32,000 nucleotides of DNA from Erysipelotrichaceae bacterium (GCA_963676105.1 OY781039.1:810001-842000); one strand, 5' to 3'. Shown: positions 15,601 through 23,614, counted from the first letter of the stretch. Notes: generated by a model from the letters alone, not told the origin. Program-made: numbers and translations.

Positions 15601-16581
15601 TCAGTCATATTCAAATCTAGATAAATGTTCAAATGGTAGAATTAAACGGCCACGATAAAGTCCGCAACCATCATTGATGAGCGAATTATCCATGGCCTTA
15701 AACATATTCACATCTAATTGTGAGAGTTCTAATTGTTGAAGAGAGGTCACTCTTTCATAGGCATCATCAAAGTATTTGTTTTCACCTATCGGGATTGCTT
15801 GTCGTTTTGCGCGCTCACTCTCTTGGCGTTTTTCATAGCCTAAGTGATTAGCAGGTCCTATTTCCGCAAAATCATCCATTGTTTTCGTTCTCATTTGAAC
15901 TTCGATATACGATCTTGAGATATTGTCATAAAAAGTAATATGTAAGGATTGATAGCCACTCTTTTCAGGGTTTGCGACATAATCACGATAATAAGGTCTG
16001 ACCTCTTCAGTTAATAAAGGTGATTGAATTGGTCCATCAAATGAAGAAAGTTCAGCTGTAAAACCTCTTTCTTCTAAGAAACCTAATAGTTTATTCGCTA
16101 CATCATAAAGATACTTATTTTCTTCATCTTCAATATTTTGTCCTGCTTTTAAATTGCATTTTGGTAAAGAAATAACGATTCGATACGCAATCAAATCTCT
16201 AAAGAAACTTAGATTATTTCTAAGTTCAACCAAACTTGGATACTTTTGATGCTTTTGAACATAATCATAGATATATTCCACAATATAACCATTGAATTTG
16301 TTTTCAGCTCGTATTAATGATTTAATCCGCCCTTTAAAAGTAAAGGCTAAAAATGGATAGTCTTTAGCCATCATTTGATAGAACTCACGTATACGTTGGG
16401 ATTGAGAGGTTAAAAACTCACGATGTTGAAGAAGTTCCCCAATTTGCAGAAGAAAATTACAATGTAAAAGATCGATTTGATTATCTGTTTTTATGGCTGA
16501 CTCTTTTAAGTCTTTAGCATAGCTTTGAATAATCTTCAAAACTGTATCGCCTGAATATAAGTAATCATTTAGTTTTTTCAT
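15601..16581 (-). CDS. RelA/SpoT-homologue synthetase-domain-only protein (atypical small alarmone synthetase / toxSAS-like), 326 aa
   Basis: All nucleotide-pyrophosphokinase motifs are present in order:
- GRIKSLIRAENK (R-x-K-S...K helix).
- DLIAYRIV (D-x-x-G/A-x-R strand).
- KSGYQSLHITF.
- EVQMRTKTMDDFAE...HLGYEKR (E-x-Q-x-R-T...H...Y-K).

There is no HD hydrolase, TGS or ACT region. ATG start with an AGAGGA SD. The gene is monocistronic, lying between non-coding spacers of 191 nt and about 420 nt. Confidence 0.85.
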   Translation of the reverse strand: MKKLNDYLYSGDTVLKIIQSYAKDLKESAIKTDNQIDLLHCNFLLQIGELLQHREFLTSQSQRIREFYQMMAKDYPFLAFTFKGRIKSLIRAENKFNGYIVEYIYDYVQKHQKYPSLVELRNNLSFFRDLIAYRIVISLPKCNLKAGQNIEDEENKYLYDVANKLLGFLEERGFTAELSSFDGPIQSPLLTEEVRPYYRDYVANPEKSGYQSLHITFYDNISRSYIEVQMRTKTMDDFAEIGPANHLGYEKRQESERAKRQAIPIGENKYFDDAYERVTSLQQLELSQLDVNMFKAMDNSLINDGCGLYRGRLILPFEHLSRFEYD

Positions 16582-16631
16582 CGCTGTCCTCTTTGATTAA
16601 TTTTAGAATGATTATGAGAAATAATAAAGTC

Positions 16632-16682
16632 TATCGGCAATATTTTCAATTTCATAACATGAATTCAAATTTATTGCCGATA
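16632..16682. repeat. 51-bp imperfect palindrome in the divergent RSH / Ldh_2 intergenic region
   Basis: The outer arms TATCGGCAATA (16632..16642) and TATTGCCGATA (16672..16682) are perfect reverse complements. The inner arms continue to a 3-nt centre (16656..16658), giving 19 of 24 positions paired overall. Confidence 0.7.
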
Positions 16683-16772
16683 TAATAAATCAACATTTAA
16701 AAACATGTCTTCCTAATGTAAAATTAAATTAAAGATTTTAGAATTTAGATCATAAAAATGTAGGAGGCATAT

Positions 16773-17879
16773 ATGGACTCAGTATTTATACAATGGGATT
16801 TAATCAGTGAATTTGTTGAAGAAGCATTTGTGGGCTATGGTATTCCACGTGAAGATGCGAAAATATGTCGTGATGTATTATTAGCATCCGATATGAAAGG
16901 CATTAATTCTCACGGGGTTAATCGTTTTAAACCAATTTATTTAGATCGTATAAAAGCAGGCATCCAAAACCCTGTCACAGAATTTGAAGTCGTCAGAGAA
17001 ACCGCTACAACCGCTGTGGTGGATGGACATGATGGAATGGGTCAAGTCATAGGCTTTAAAGCCATGACTATGGCTATAGAAAAAGCTAAGAAGTATGGTA
17101 TGGGTATGGTTGCAGTTCGTAACTCAACTCACTATGGGATTGCAGGCTATTATACTGATATGGCAGCCAATGCAGGTTGTATTGGCATGACAGGTACCAA
17201 TGCTCGCCCTTCTATTGCGCCAACTTTTGGGGTTGAAAATATGTTAGGTACCAACCCTTTAACGATTGGATTCCCAACTGATGAAGCCTTTAATTTTTAC
17301 TTAGACTGTGCAACATCCATTACTCAACGAGGCAAGATTGAATACTTCGCTCGAACAAATCAAGCAACCCCAGCTGGTATGGTTATTGGTCGTGATGGAT
17401 CAGCATTGACTGATTCTGAACAAATTCTTAAAGATTTAGTGGCAGGTGAAGCAGCTTTAGCCCCACTTGGTGGCATTGGCGAAGAATTAGGTGGTTATAA
17501 AGGCTATGGTTATGCGACCGTTGTCGAAGTACTATCCGCCGCCCTACAACAAGGAAACTTCTTAAAGATGTTGACTGGTATTGGCGAAAGTGGAGAAAAA
17601 GTACCCTATCATTTAGGTCATTTCTTTATTGCGATTGATACAGAAGCCTTTATGGGTTTAGACGCCTTCAAGAAAACAGCTGGTGATATCTTAAGAGCTT
17701 TAAGAAACTCAGAAAAAGCTCCTGGCCAAGATCGTATTTATACAGCCGGTGAAAAAGAACATGATGCATGGCTATATCGAGAAGATAAAGGTGTACCTGT
17801 CAATGCAGAGGTACAAAAAGAACTCATCACAGTCCGTGATGAGCTCAATTTAAATCAATTTAAATTCCCATTTGAATAA
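16773..17879 (+). CDS. Ldh_2 family (malate/L-lactate/L-sulfolactate/ureidoglycolate-type) NAD(P)H-dependent dehydrogenase
   Basis: NSHGVNRF, VRNSTHYGIAGYY, GTNPL and GGYKGYG are characteristic of type-2 malate/lactate dehydrogenase family proteins. AGGAGG SD. The substrate cannot be assigned from sequence alone. Confidence 0.85.
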   Translation: MDSVFIQWDLISEFVEEAFVGYGIPREDAKICRDVLLASDMKGINSHGVNRFKPIYLDRIKAGIQNPVTEFEVVRETATTAVVDGHDGMGQVIGFKAMTMAIEKAKKYGMGMVAVRNSTHYGIAGYYTDMAANAGCIGMTGTNARPSIAPTFGVENMLGTNPLTIGFPTDEAFNFYLDCATSITQRGKIEYFARTNQATPAGMVIGRDGSALTDSEQILKDLVAGEAALAPLGGIGEELGGYKGYGYATVVEVLSAALQQGNFLKMLTGIGESGEKVPYHLGHFFIAIDTEAFMGLDAFKKTAGDILRALRNSEKAPGQDRIYTAGEKEHDAWLYREDKGVPVNAEVQKELITVRDELNLNQFKFPFE

Positions 17880-17885
17880 GAATTA

Positions 17886-17915
17886 AACCTTGAACATATT
17901 GTTCAGGGTTTTTTA
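17886..17915 (+). terminator. Intrinsic terminator between the convergent Ldh_2 and AKR genes
   Basis: AACCUUGAAC-AUAUU-GUUCAGGGUU (10-bp stem with one G-U pair) followed by UUUUAA on the plus strand. The reverse-strand version has one C-A mismatch and a weak U tract, so it is mainly a plus-strand terminator. Confidence 0.75.
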
Positions 17916-18782
17916 ATCGTGAATTTTCTTAGAAACAACCATCTTCACAAATTCAGGATCAAAGTGTTTAATAGCGGTTCCAACATAACCTTGATCTAAT
18001 GAACTAATTTGTGTCATTTCATCATCCGAAAGTTTAAAATTCCAGATATCAAAATTTTGTTGAATACGTTCTAAATGCACAGATTTTGGAATTACCACAA
18101 CACCTCTTTGAACATTCCATCTTAAAATAACTTGTGCAACTGTTTTCCCATGTTGATCTGCAATCCCTTTTAACATTTCATCATCAAAAGGATTATAGCG
18201 ACCACCACCTAGTGGTGCCCACGCTTCAGGAATCACATCATATGATTTCATGACTTCTAACGCCTTATCTTGAATGTAGTATGGGTGTAGTTCAACTTGA
18301 TTTACCATCGGTTTAATACGTACCGTTTCACAAAAGTTCGTGAGTGTATGTGGATAGAAGTTAGATACTCCAATTGCTTTTAGTAAACCTTTATCATAAG
18401 CAGCTTCCATTGCCCGCCAGGCACTAAAATAATCACCCATTGATTGATGTAGTAAATAAAGATCTAAATACTCTAGATCAAGTCTACGTAAAGATTCAGT
18501 AATCGCCTTCTCTGCCAATTCAAAATTTTTCATATCCTGAACCCAAAGTTTTGAAGTAATAAACAAATCTTCCCGTGTACAATAACCTTTAACAATGGCC
18601 TCTTTAATCGCTGCTCCTACCGCTTCTTCATTGCCATAAACAGCGGCAGTATCAATCAAACGATAGCCTGTTTTAATCGCATCTAAAACAGATTGCTTAC
18701 ACTCCTCTTGATCACGAATTTGAAAAACGCCAAAGCCTTCCATTGGCATTGTTAATCCATTATGTAGTTTAGTATGTTCCAT
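17913..18782 (-). CDS. Aldo/keto reductase (2,5-diketo-D-gluconate reductase-like AKR)
   Basis: Catalytic tetrad context: LIDTAAVYGNE (D, Y), ITSKLW (K), LHQ (H), and C-terminal VVIPKS. AGGAGG SD. Confidence 0.9.
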   Translation of the reverse strand: MEHTKLHNGLTMPMEGFGVFQIRDQEECKQSVLDAIKTGYRLIDTAAVYGNEEAVGAAIKEAIVKGYCTREDLFITSKLWVQDMKNFELAEKAITESLRRLDLEYLDLYLLHQSMGDYFSAWRAMEAAYDKGLLKAIGVSNFYPHTLTNFCETVRIKPMVNQVELHPYYIQDKALEVMKSYDVIPEAWAPLGGGRYNPFDDEMLKGIADQHGKTVAQVILRWNVQRGVVVIPKSVHLERIQQNFDIWNFKLSDDEMTQISSLDQGYVGTAIKHFDPEFVKMVVSKKIHD

Positions 18783-18800
18783 AAAAGTCCTCCTTTAACT

Positions 18801-18831
18801 ACTATAGACCTTGGAGTGAACTTTAAGTCAA
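18801..18831 (-). promoter_or_regulatory. MerR-type promoter (19-bp spacer) with an internal dyad, upstream of the AKR gene
   Basis: On the minus strand: TTGACT (18831..18826), a 19-nt spacer, then TATAGT (18806..18801). The spacer holds the dyad CTTAAAGT-tc-ACTCCAAG (18810..18827, 6 of 8 symmetric). Confidence 0.5.
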
Positions 18832-18876
18832 GAGAAATATTTTAAGATATAAAACAATAGCGCATGGCAATGATAC

Positions 18877-19335
18877 TTATACTCTATTTCTAGTCCATTT
18901 CATAATTTCAACAATATTTCCTTCAATATCAGACGCATAGACTGCACATAAGTGTCGTCCATCTGGATAATCAGCATGGATAAGTTCACCGACCATTTGA
19001 CCACCATATGATATAAGTTTTTGAAGCGTTTCTTCAACATCATCTACTTCAAATGCAACATGAGAAAAACCATATGCATTAACTAAATGTTTTTGATTAC
19101 CTTCCATCATTTCATAGGTAAATATCTCAAGGGTTGGACCCCCCTCATCAAAACCTGGAAGCAATAGATGCTCACCTGTGATATGAACATTTTCGATACC
19201 TGTTAACTTATCAAATACATCCCCTTTTAAGTCTCTTTTTTGTCCAATACTTTTACAGCTAAAGACATCTTTGTAGAATTGAATTAATTTTTCACTGTCT
19301 TTCGCAATAATATTGGTATGAACGTATTTACTCAT
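18877..19335 (-). CDS. VOC (glyoxalase/bleomycin-resistance/dioxygenase fold) family protein
   Basis: Paired beta-alpha-beta-beta-beta modules with HTNIIAKD ... LEIF and FSHVAFEVDD ... GNIVEI metal-ligand contexts. 8-nt overlap with the upstream GNAT gene. Confidence 0.75.
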   Translation of the reverse strand: MSKYVHTNIIAKDSEKLIQFYKDVFSCKSIGQKRDLKGDVFDKLTGIENVHITGEHLLLPGFDEGGPTLEIFTYEMMEGNQKHLVNAYGFSHVAFEVDDVEETLQKLISYGGQMVGELIHADYPDGRHLCAVYASDIEGNIVEIMKWTRNRV

Positions 19336-19738
19336 AGAATTTCCTTTCCATCACAATATATGTTTGTTGATCCTTTATAAAGTTTTGATCTGTTTTAATT
19401 AAGCCAAACTTTTCATAATAATGTGCTTTTTCAATTCGTGCATTACACCATAAATGATTAAACTCTAATTGTTCATTTAAATTGATGACATACTCTAACA
19501 AAACCGTTCCATAACCTTTATTTTGATAGTCATCTAAGGTCGCAAACTTACGAAACTGAGCTGATTGATTATCTTTGAATAGTGAAATAACACTGATACA
19601 TTGATCATTTAAAAAAAGACCAAAATGAAAGCCATCTTGATCATGTTTTAGTTTGATATATTCAATGTCTTTATTTGGCCACATTACTTGATGACGTATC
19701 GGCCAAGTATCTTCTGCTTTGATGCGTCGAATATCCAA
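19328..19738 (-). CDS. GNAT family N-acetyltransferase
   Basis: The acetyl-CoA motif A context FRKFATLDDYQNKGYGTVLLEYV (Q-x-x-G-x-G). TTG start with AAGGAA 6 nt upstream. Confidence 0.8.
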   Translation of the reverse strand: MDIRRIKAEDTWPIRHQVMWPNKDIEYIKLKHDQDGFHFGLFLNDQCISVISLFKDNQSAQFRKFATLDDYQNKGYGTVLLEYVINLNEQLEFNHLWCNARIEKAHYYEKFGLIKTDQNFIKDQQTYIVMERKFYE

Positions 19739-19741
19739 AAC

Positions 19742-20059
19742 TTATTCCTTAATATATGAACAACAGTAGTCTGTTACTTCAGAAATTTCCATTTTAAATT
19801 TAGAGTTTGCAGAAACTTCAAAACTTGTTCCTGCGATATATGTTTCCCATGTATCTTTGCCTGGTAATAAGGTTTTAATCTCACCCGCTAAAACTTCCAT
19901 AATTTCTTTATCAGCAGTCCCAAATTCATATTCACCTGGTAATAAAATTCCTAAAGTCTTCTTAGTTCCATCAGCAAACACAACAACACGACTAGTGACT
20001 TTACCATCAAAGTAGATATTTGCTTTTTTAATAACTGTTACATTCTCAAATTGTTCCAT
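19742..20059 (-). CDS. ppnP: Pyrimidine/purine nucleoside phosphorylase PpnP (DUF1255 cupin)
   Basis: [12 protein letters not shown] ... LPGEYEFGT ... E.MEV..G is the PpnP/UPF0345 pattern. I move the start to ATG 20059 (MEQFENV), which has GGAG 7 nt upstream. Confidence 0.8.
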
Positions 20060-20131
20060 AACAATCTCCATTTCTTAATTAACCCTAAGTCTAAAATACA
20101 TTATATATTAATCAATACTTAATTGTTTTAT

Positions 20132-21442
20132 TTATCTCAAAGATAATTTTACGACTGTCTCCACATGAAAGGTATGTGGGAACATATCCACGCAGCTGAT
20201 GTGTTTAATATCATATAGCTCACCAAGTTTAACTAAATCTCGACTTAGTGTACCTGGATCACAGGAAACATATACAAGTGTTTGTGGTGCTAAATCAATA
20301 ATACTATTCAGTGTTTCTTCACTCAAACCTTTGCGCGGTGGATCAACAATAACCACATCAACTGTTTTATTTAATTGACTAAAGGCATCTTTAGCATCAC
20401 CACAAATAAACGATAGATTCTTTAAATCATTAAGTTTAGCATTTCGTTTCGCATCTTCAATCGCTTCAGGTATCACTTCTACCCCAATCACTTCTTTGGC
20501 TGATCTTGCCGCAAAAAGAGAGATGGTTCCAATGCCACAATATAAATCTAAAACCGTATCAGACGCTTTTATATCCGCATAATCAATCGCTTTTTGATAA
20601 AGTGAAACAGTTTGAACTGGATTGACTTGATAAAAACTAGCAGCTGATATTTCAAAGTGCAAGCCATCAAGTGTATCGGTAATCACATTGGATCCATAGA
20701 TAACTTCAAAATCTTTGCCTAAGATGACATTGTCATCTCTGTTATTTAAATTAATTTGAATACTTTTAATCTGTGGAAATGCTTTAGTTAAAGTTTCAAC
20801 AAACTCGTCTTTCAAGTCAATTTTCTTTTTGCGAACTATTAATACGACCATCAACTCATTCGAACTAAAGCCTTTTTTAATGAGGACGTTACGTAAATTA
20901 TCAAAAGATAAATGATTTTGTTGATAGAATTTTTGAATTGCTTTAAGAATTTGATCAGCATCCTCACTTTGAATTAAACAAGATTCAAATGGCACAATGT
21001 CATGAGAGTGTGAGCGAAAGAAACCATAATTCCCTTCTTCATTAAATGGCACAATTGATTTATTTCGATATTGATTAGGTTTGTCCATACCAATGATTTC
21101 TTCAACTTTTAAAGACTCATCTTTAAGTGCTCTTTGAATTAAAGATTCAACATGATTTTTCTTGAAGATTAATTGGTGATCATAAGACATATGTTGAAGC
21201 TGACAACCCCCACAAATATTCGCAATAGGACATTGTGATTCAATTCGATCATTTGATTTTTCAATCAGTGTTTTGACTTTGCCAAAGGCATGTGACTTAT
21301 TCACCTTTACAATCAATACATCTGCCACTTCATCAATTAACATATTTGGCACAAAGACCACAAAATTCTCGCTTTTACATACAGCGAGTCCTTTGTCGGT
21401 ATAATCAATGGCTTTAAGTCTAAGTATTTCGTTCTTTTTCAT
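20132..21442 (-). CDS. rlmCD: 23S rRNA (uracil-C5)-methyltransferase, RlmCD/RumA type
   Basis: N-terminal TRAM domain, Fe-S cysteines C-x6-C-G-G-C, and the SAM fold DLYCGIGT, VDPPRKG, VSCDPGTLSRDL. Confidence 0.9.
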   Translation of the reverse strand: MKKNEILRLKAIDYTDKGLAVCKSENFVVFVPNMLIDEVADVLIVKVNKSHAFGKVKTLIEKSNDRIESQCPIANICGGCQLQHMSYDHQLIFKKNHVESLIQRALKDESLKVEEIIGMDKPNQYRNKSIVPFNEEGNYGFFRSHSHDIVPFESCLIQSEDADQILKAIQKFYQQNHLSFDNLRNVLIKKGFSSNELMVVLIVRKKKIDLKDEFVETLTKAFPQIKSIQINLNNRDDNVILGKDFEVIYGSNVITDTLDGLHFEISAASFYQVNPVQTVSLYQKAIDYADIKASDTVLDLYCGIGTISLFAARSAKEVIGVEVIPEAIEDAKRNAKLNDLKNLSFICGDAKDAFSQLNKTVDVVIVDPPRKGLSEETLNSIIDLAPQTLVYVSCDPGTLSRDLVKLGELYDIKHISCVDMFPHTFHVETVVKLSLR

Positions 21443-21444
21443 AA

Positions 21445-21470
21445 GTTAAAAAGAGGCCATAGCCTCTTTA
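21445..21470 (-). terminator. Hairpin / weak intrinsic terminator between the unknown membrane protein gene and rlmCD
   Basis: The minus-strand RNA forms AAAGAGGC-UAUG-GCCUCUUU (8-bp stem, 21450..21469) followed by UUAAC. The upstream stop codon is in the stem, and the rlmCD ATG lies only 7 nt downstream. Confidence 0.5.
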
Positions 21471-22163
21471 TTCAGCACTTGTGTCTGTGTTTTCAGAATC
21501 CGTTGAATCAGTAGGAATATTGGTTGTTTCCTCTTCAACTGGATTATTTTTAGCTTCCATTGCGGCGATTAATTCTGCAGCTAAGTCAGGATTAACAGCG
21601 GTTGAGACATCTTGAATGGACCACTCAGTCATATTACCGTTTTTCGTTAAGATAGTATGTAGGTTTACATTTTCATCAGCCATACCTAAGTTATAGACAT
21701 CAATTTGTAAATCATACATTTTCTTTGAATCGGTAGATGTGAAATATGTATCAATAGCAATATTATTATCGACTACTTCAACTGCGTCTGTTGCGATTAG
21801 CGCAAAATCTTCAGAGGTGAGTTCTGGATCAACTTTAATGCTGATAATAAGGGTTGCCGCATGTAAATTTACACTGACAGTTTGAACATCAAGCGCTTCT
21901 AAGTTAGTCGTCGTATTTTCTAACATCGAATCTGTAATCGCTGGATCCAAATCATTATTGAAACGATTACCTTCAATAACATTCCCTGTTGCGAGTGATG
22001 ATTGAAGTAAAATTACCGCCAATATAATCAATGGAATTGAAAAGAAAATAAGGCCAGCCCATAAAACGCCATTCCCTTTAAAAATTTTATTAAAGAGCTT
22101 ACTGTGTTTTTTGCTTTGTGTTTGTGTTTTTTGATTTGTATTTTTACTCATAACATAGTCCAT
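21468..22163 (-). CDS. Hypothetical single-pass membrane protein with acidic Thr/Ser/Asp/Glu-rich tail
   Basis: 231-aa ORF with a basic N-terminus, one TM (GVLWAGLIFFSIPLIILAVILL), an ectodomain of about 150 aa, and the tail EEETTNIPTDSTDSENTDTSAE. No motif recognised. The start could be ATG 22163 or ATG 22151. Confidence 0.55.
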   Translation of the reverse strand: MDYVMSKNTNQKTQTQSKKHSKLFNKIFKGNGVLWAGLIFFSIPLIILAVILLQSSLATGNVIEGNRFNNDLDPAITDSMLENTTTNLEALDVQTVSVNLHAATLIISIKVDPELTSEDFALIATDAVEVVDNNIAIDTYFTSTDSKKMYDLQIDVYNLGMADENVNLHTILTKNGNMTEWSIQDVSTAVNPDLAAELIAAMEAKNNPVEEETTNIPTDSTDSENTDTSAE

Positions 22164-22189
22164 TATAGCCTAAAGGCACATCTTTCGCA

Positions 22190-23614
22190 CTAGCATCTTT
22201 CTTTTAAGGCTTTAAGTAATAATTCGTTTGTTTTTTGAGGGTTTGCTTGACCACGAGTTTTCTTCATGATTTGACCCACTAAGAAACCTAATGCACGGTC
22301 TTTACCATTATGGAAATCAATAATGGATTGTTCGTTTTCATTTAAGGTTTCATCAATCAGTGTTTGTAGGGTTGATTCATCAGACACTTGTTCAATACTA
22401 AACTCTTTGACAATCGCTTTATAATCTTTTCCTTTTAATAAATGAACAAATATTTCTTTTGCTTGTTTAGAGGATATTTCTTTTGAACCTAAGGCATTCA
22501 ACATTTGCCCAAATTCTTCAAGTTTTAAGTCATAGTTTTTATCAAAAATCTTCTGTAAATCAATGTTCGCAATCACTTCGGTTAATACCCAATTACATGC
22601 GATGTTTGCTTGTGTTGTATGCATCATTAAATGATCAAAGAAATCTGATAGAACTTTATTTGCGATTAAACGATCTGCATCTAAGTCATTTAAACCTAAA
22701 GCTAAGTATCTTTCTTTTCTTTCAGAAGGAAGTTCTGGTAAATTTGAAATAACTTCTTCCATCCATCTCGCATCGATTAATACCGGTGGAATATTGGGCT
22801 CTGGGAAGTATTTATAATCAACTGTTCCCTCTTTTTTACGCATAAGTACAGTTGTTTTATTCACATCATCATAGCGACGTGTTGCTTGTTGAACTGCTTC
22901 ACCTTTATTCATTAGGTCTGATTGACGCGCAATTTCAGCATCCACTGCTAAGGCGATATTAGAAATAGAGTTAAGGTTCTTAATTTCTGTCTTTACACCA
23001 AATTCTTCTGTACCAACAGGTCGAAGTGAAATATTGACATCACATCTTAGTGAGCCTTCTTCCATCTTGCCATCAGTGACACCTAAATAAACAAGCATTG
23101 CCCGTAGTTTTTCAACATACTTCATCGCTTCTTCAGCACTACGCATATCAGGTTCAGAAACAATCTCAACTAACGGCGTACCAGCACGGTTAAAATCCAT
23201 CCAGCTTTCATCTTCAACATGGTATTGTTTCGCGGTATCTTCTTCCATATGTAATCGATTAATACGAATGTGTTTGGTTCCCGATTCAGTTTCAATATCA
23301 ATGTGACCTGCAGATCCTATTGGATGAAACTGTTGTGTAATTTGAAATCCTTTAGGTAAATCTGAATAGTAATAGTTTTTACGATCAAATTTAATAAGTG
23401 GATCAATTTTTAAATTAAGCGCACGACAAGCCATAATCGCTAGTCTGACCGCTTCTTTATTAAGTGAAGGCAGAGTTCCAGGATGACCTAAATCAATTTC
23501 ATTGGTGGCGGTATTAGGTTGAGCCCCTACGACAACAGGTGCCGATGAAAACATTTTTGTTTTTGTCTTGAGTTCACAATGAATCTCAATTCCTATAACT
23601 GTTTCGTAATTCAT
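22190..23614 (-). CDS. gatB: Asp/Glu-tRNA(Asn/Gln) amidotransferase subunit B
   Basis: MNYETVIGIEIHCEL, RLHMEEDTAK, CDVNISLRP, and a C-terminal YqeY-like tail. ATGA overlap with gatA. Confidence 0.97.
   Translation of the reverse strand: MNYETVIGIEIHCELKTKTKMFSSAPVVVGAQPNTATNEIDLGHPGTLPSLNKEAVRLAIMACRALNLKIDPLIKFDRKNYYYSDLPKGFQITQQFHPIGSAGHIDIETESGTKHIRINRLHMEEDTAKQYHVEDESWMDFNRAGTPLVEIVSEPDMRSAEEAMKYVEKLRAMLVYLGVTDGKMEEGSLRCDVNISLRPVGTEEFGVKTEIKNLNSISNIALAVDAEIARQSDLMNKGEAVQQATRRYDDVNKTTVLMRKKEGTVDYKYFPEPNIPPVLIDARWMEEVISNLPELPSERKERYLALGLNDLDADRLIANKVLSDFFDHLMMHTTQANIACNWVLTEVIANIDLQKIFDKNYDLKLEEFGQMLNALGSKEISSKQAKEIFVHLLKGKDYKAIVKEFSIEQVSDESTLQTLIDETLNENEQSIIDFHNGKDRALGFLVGQIMKKTRGQANPQKTNELLLKALKERC

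Noticed and set aside
16608-16685. 25-codon plus-strand sORF (MIMRNNKVYRQYFQFHNMNSNLLPI) spanning the 51-bp palindrome, plus tiny minus-strand ORFs next to the RSH gene as possible antitoxins
   Set aside because: It has no SD, and its length is at chance expectation. The minus-strand candidates are 11 codons or fewer (for example MSKTSENM at 15581..15555). There is therefore no credible two-gene toxin-antitoxin organisation.
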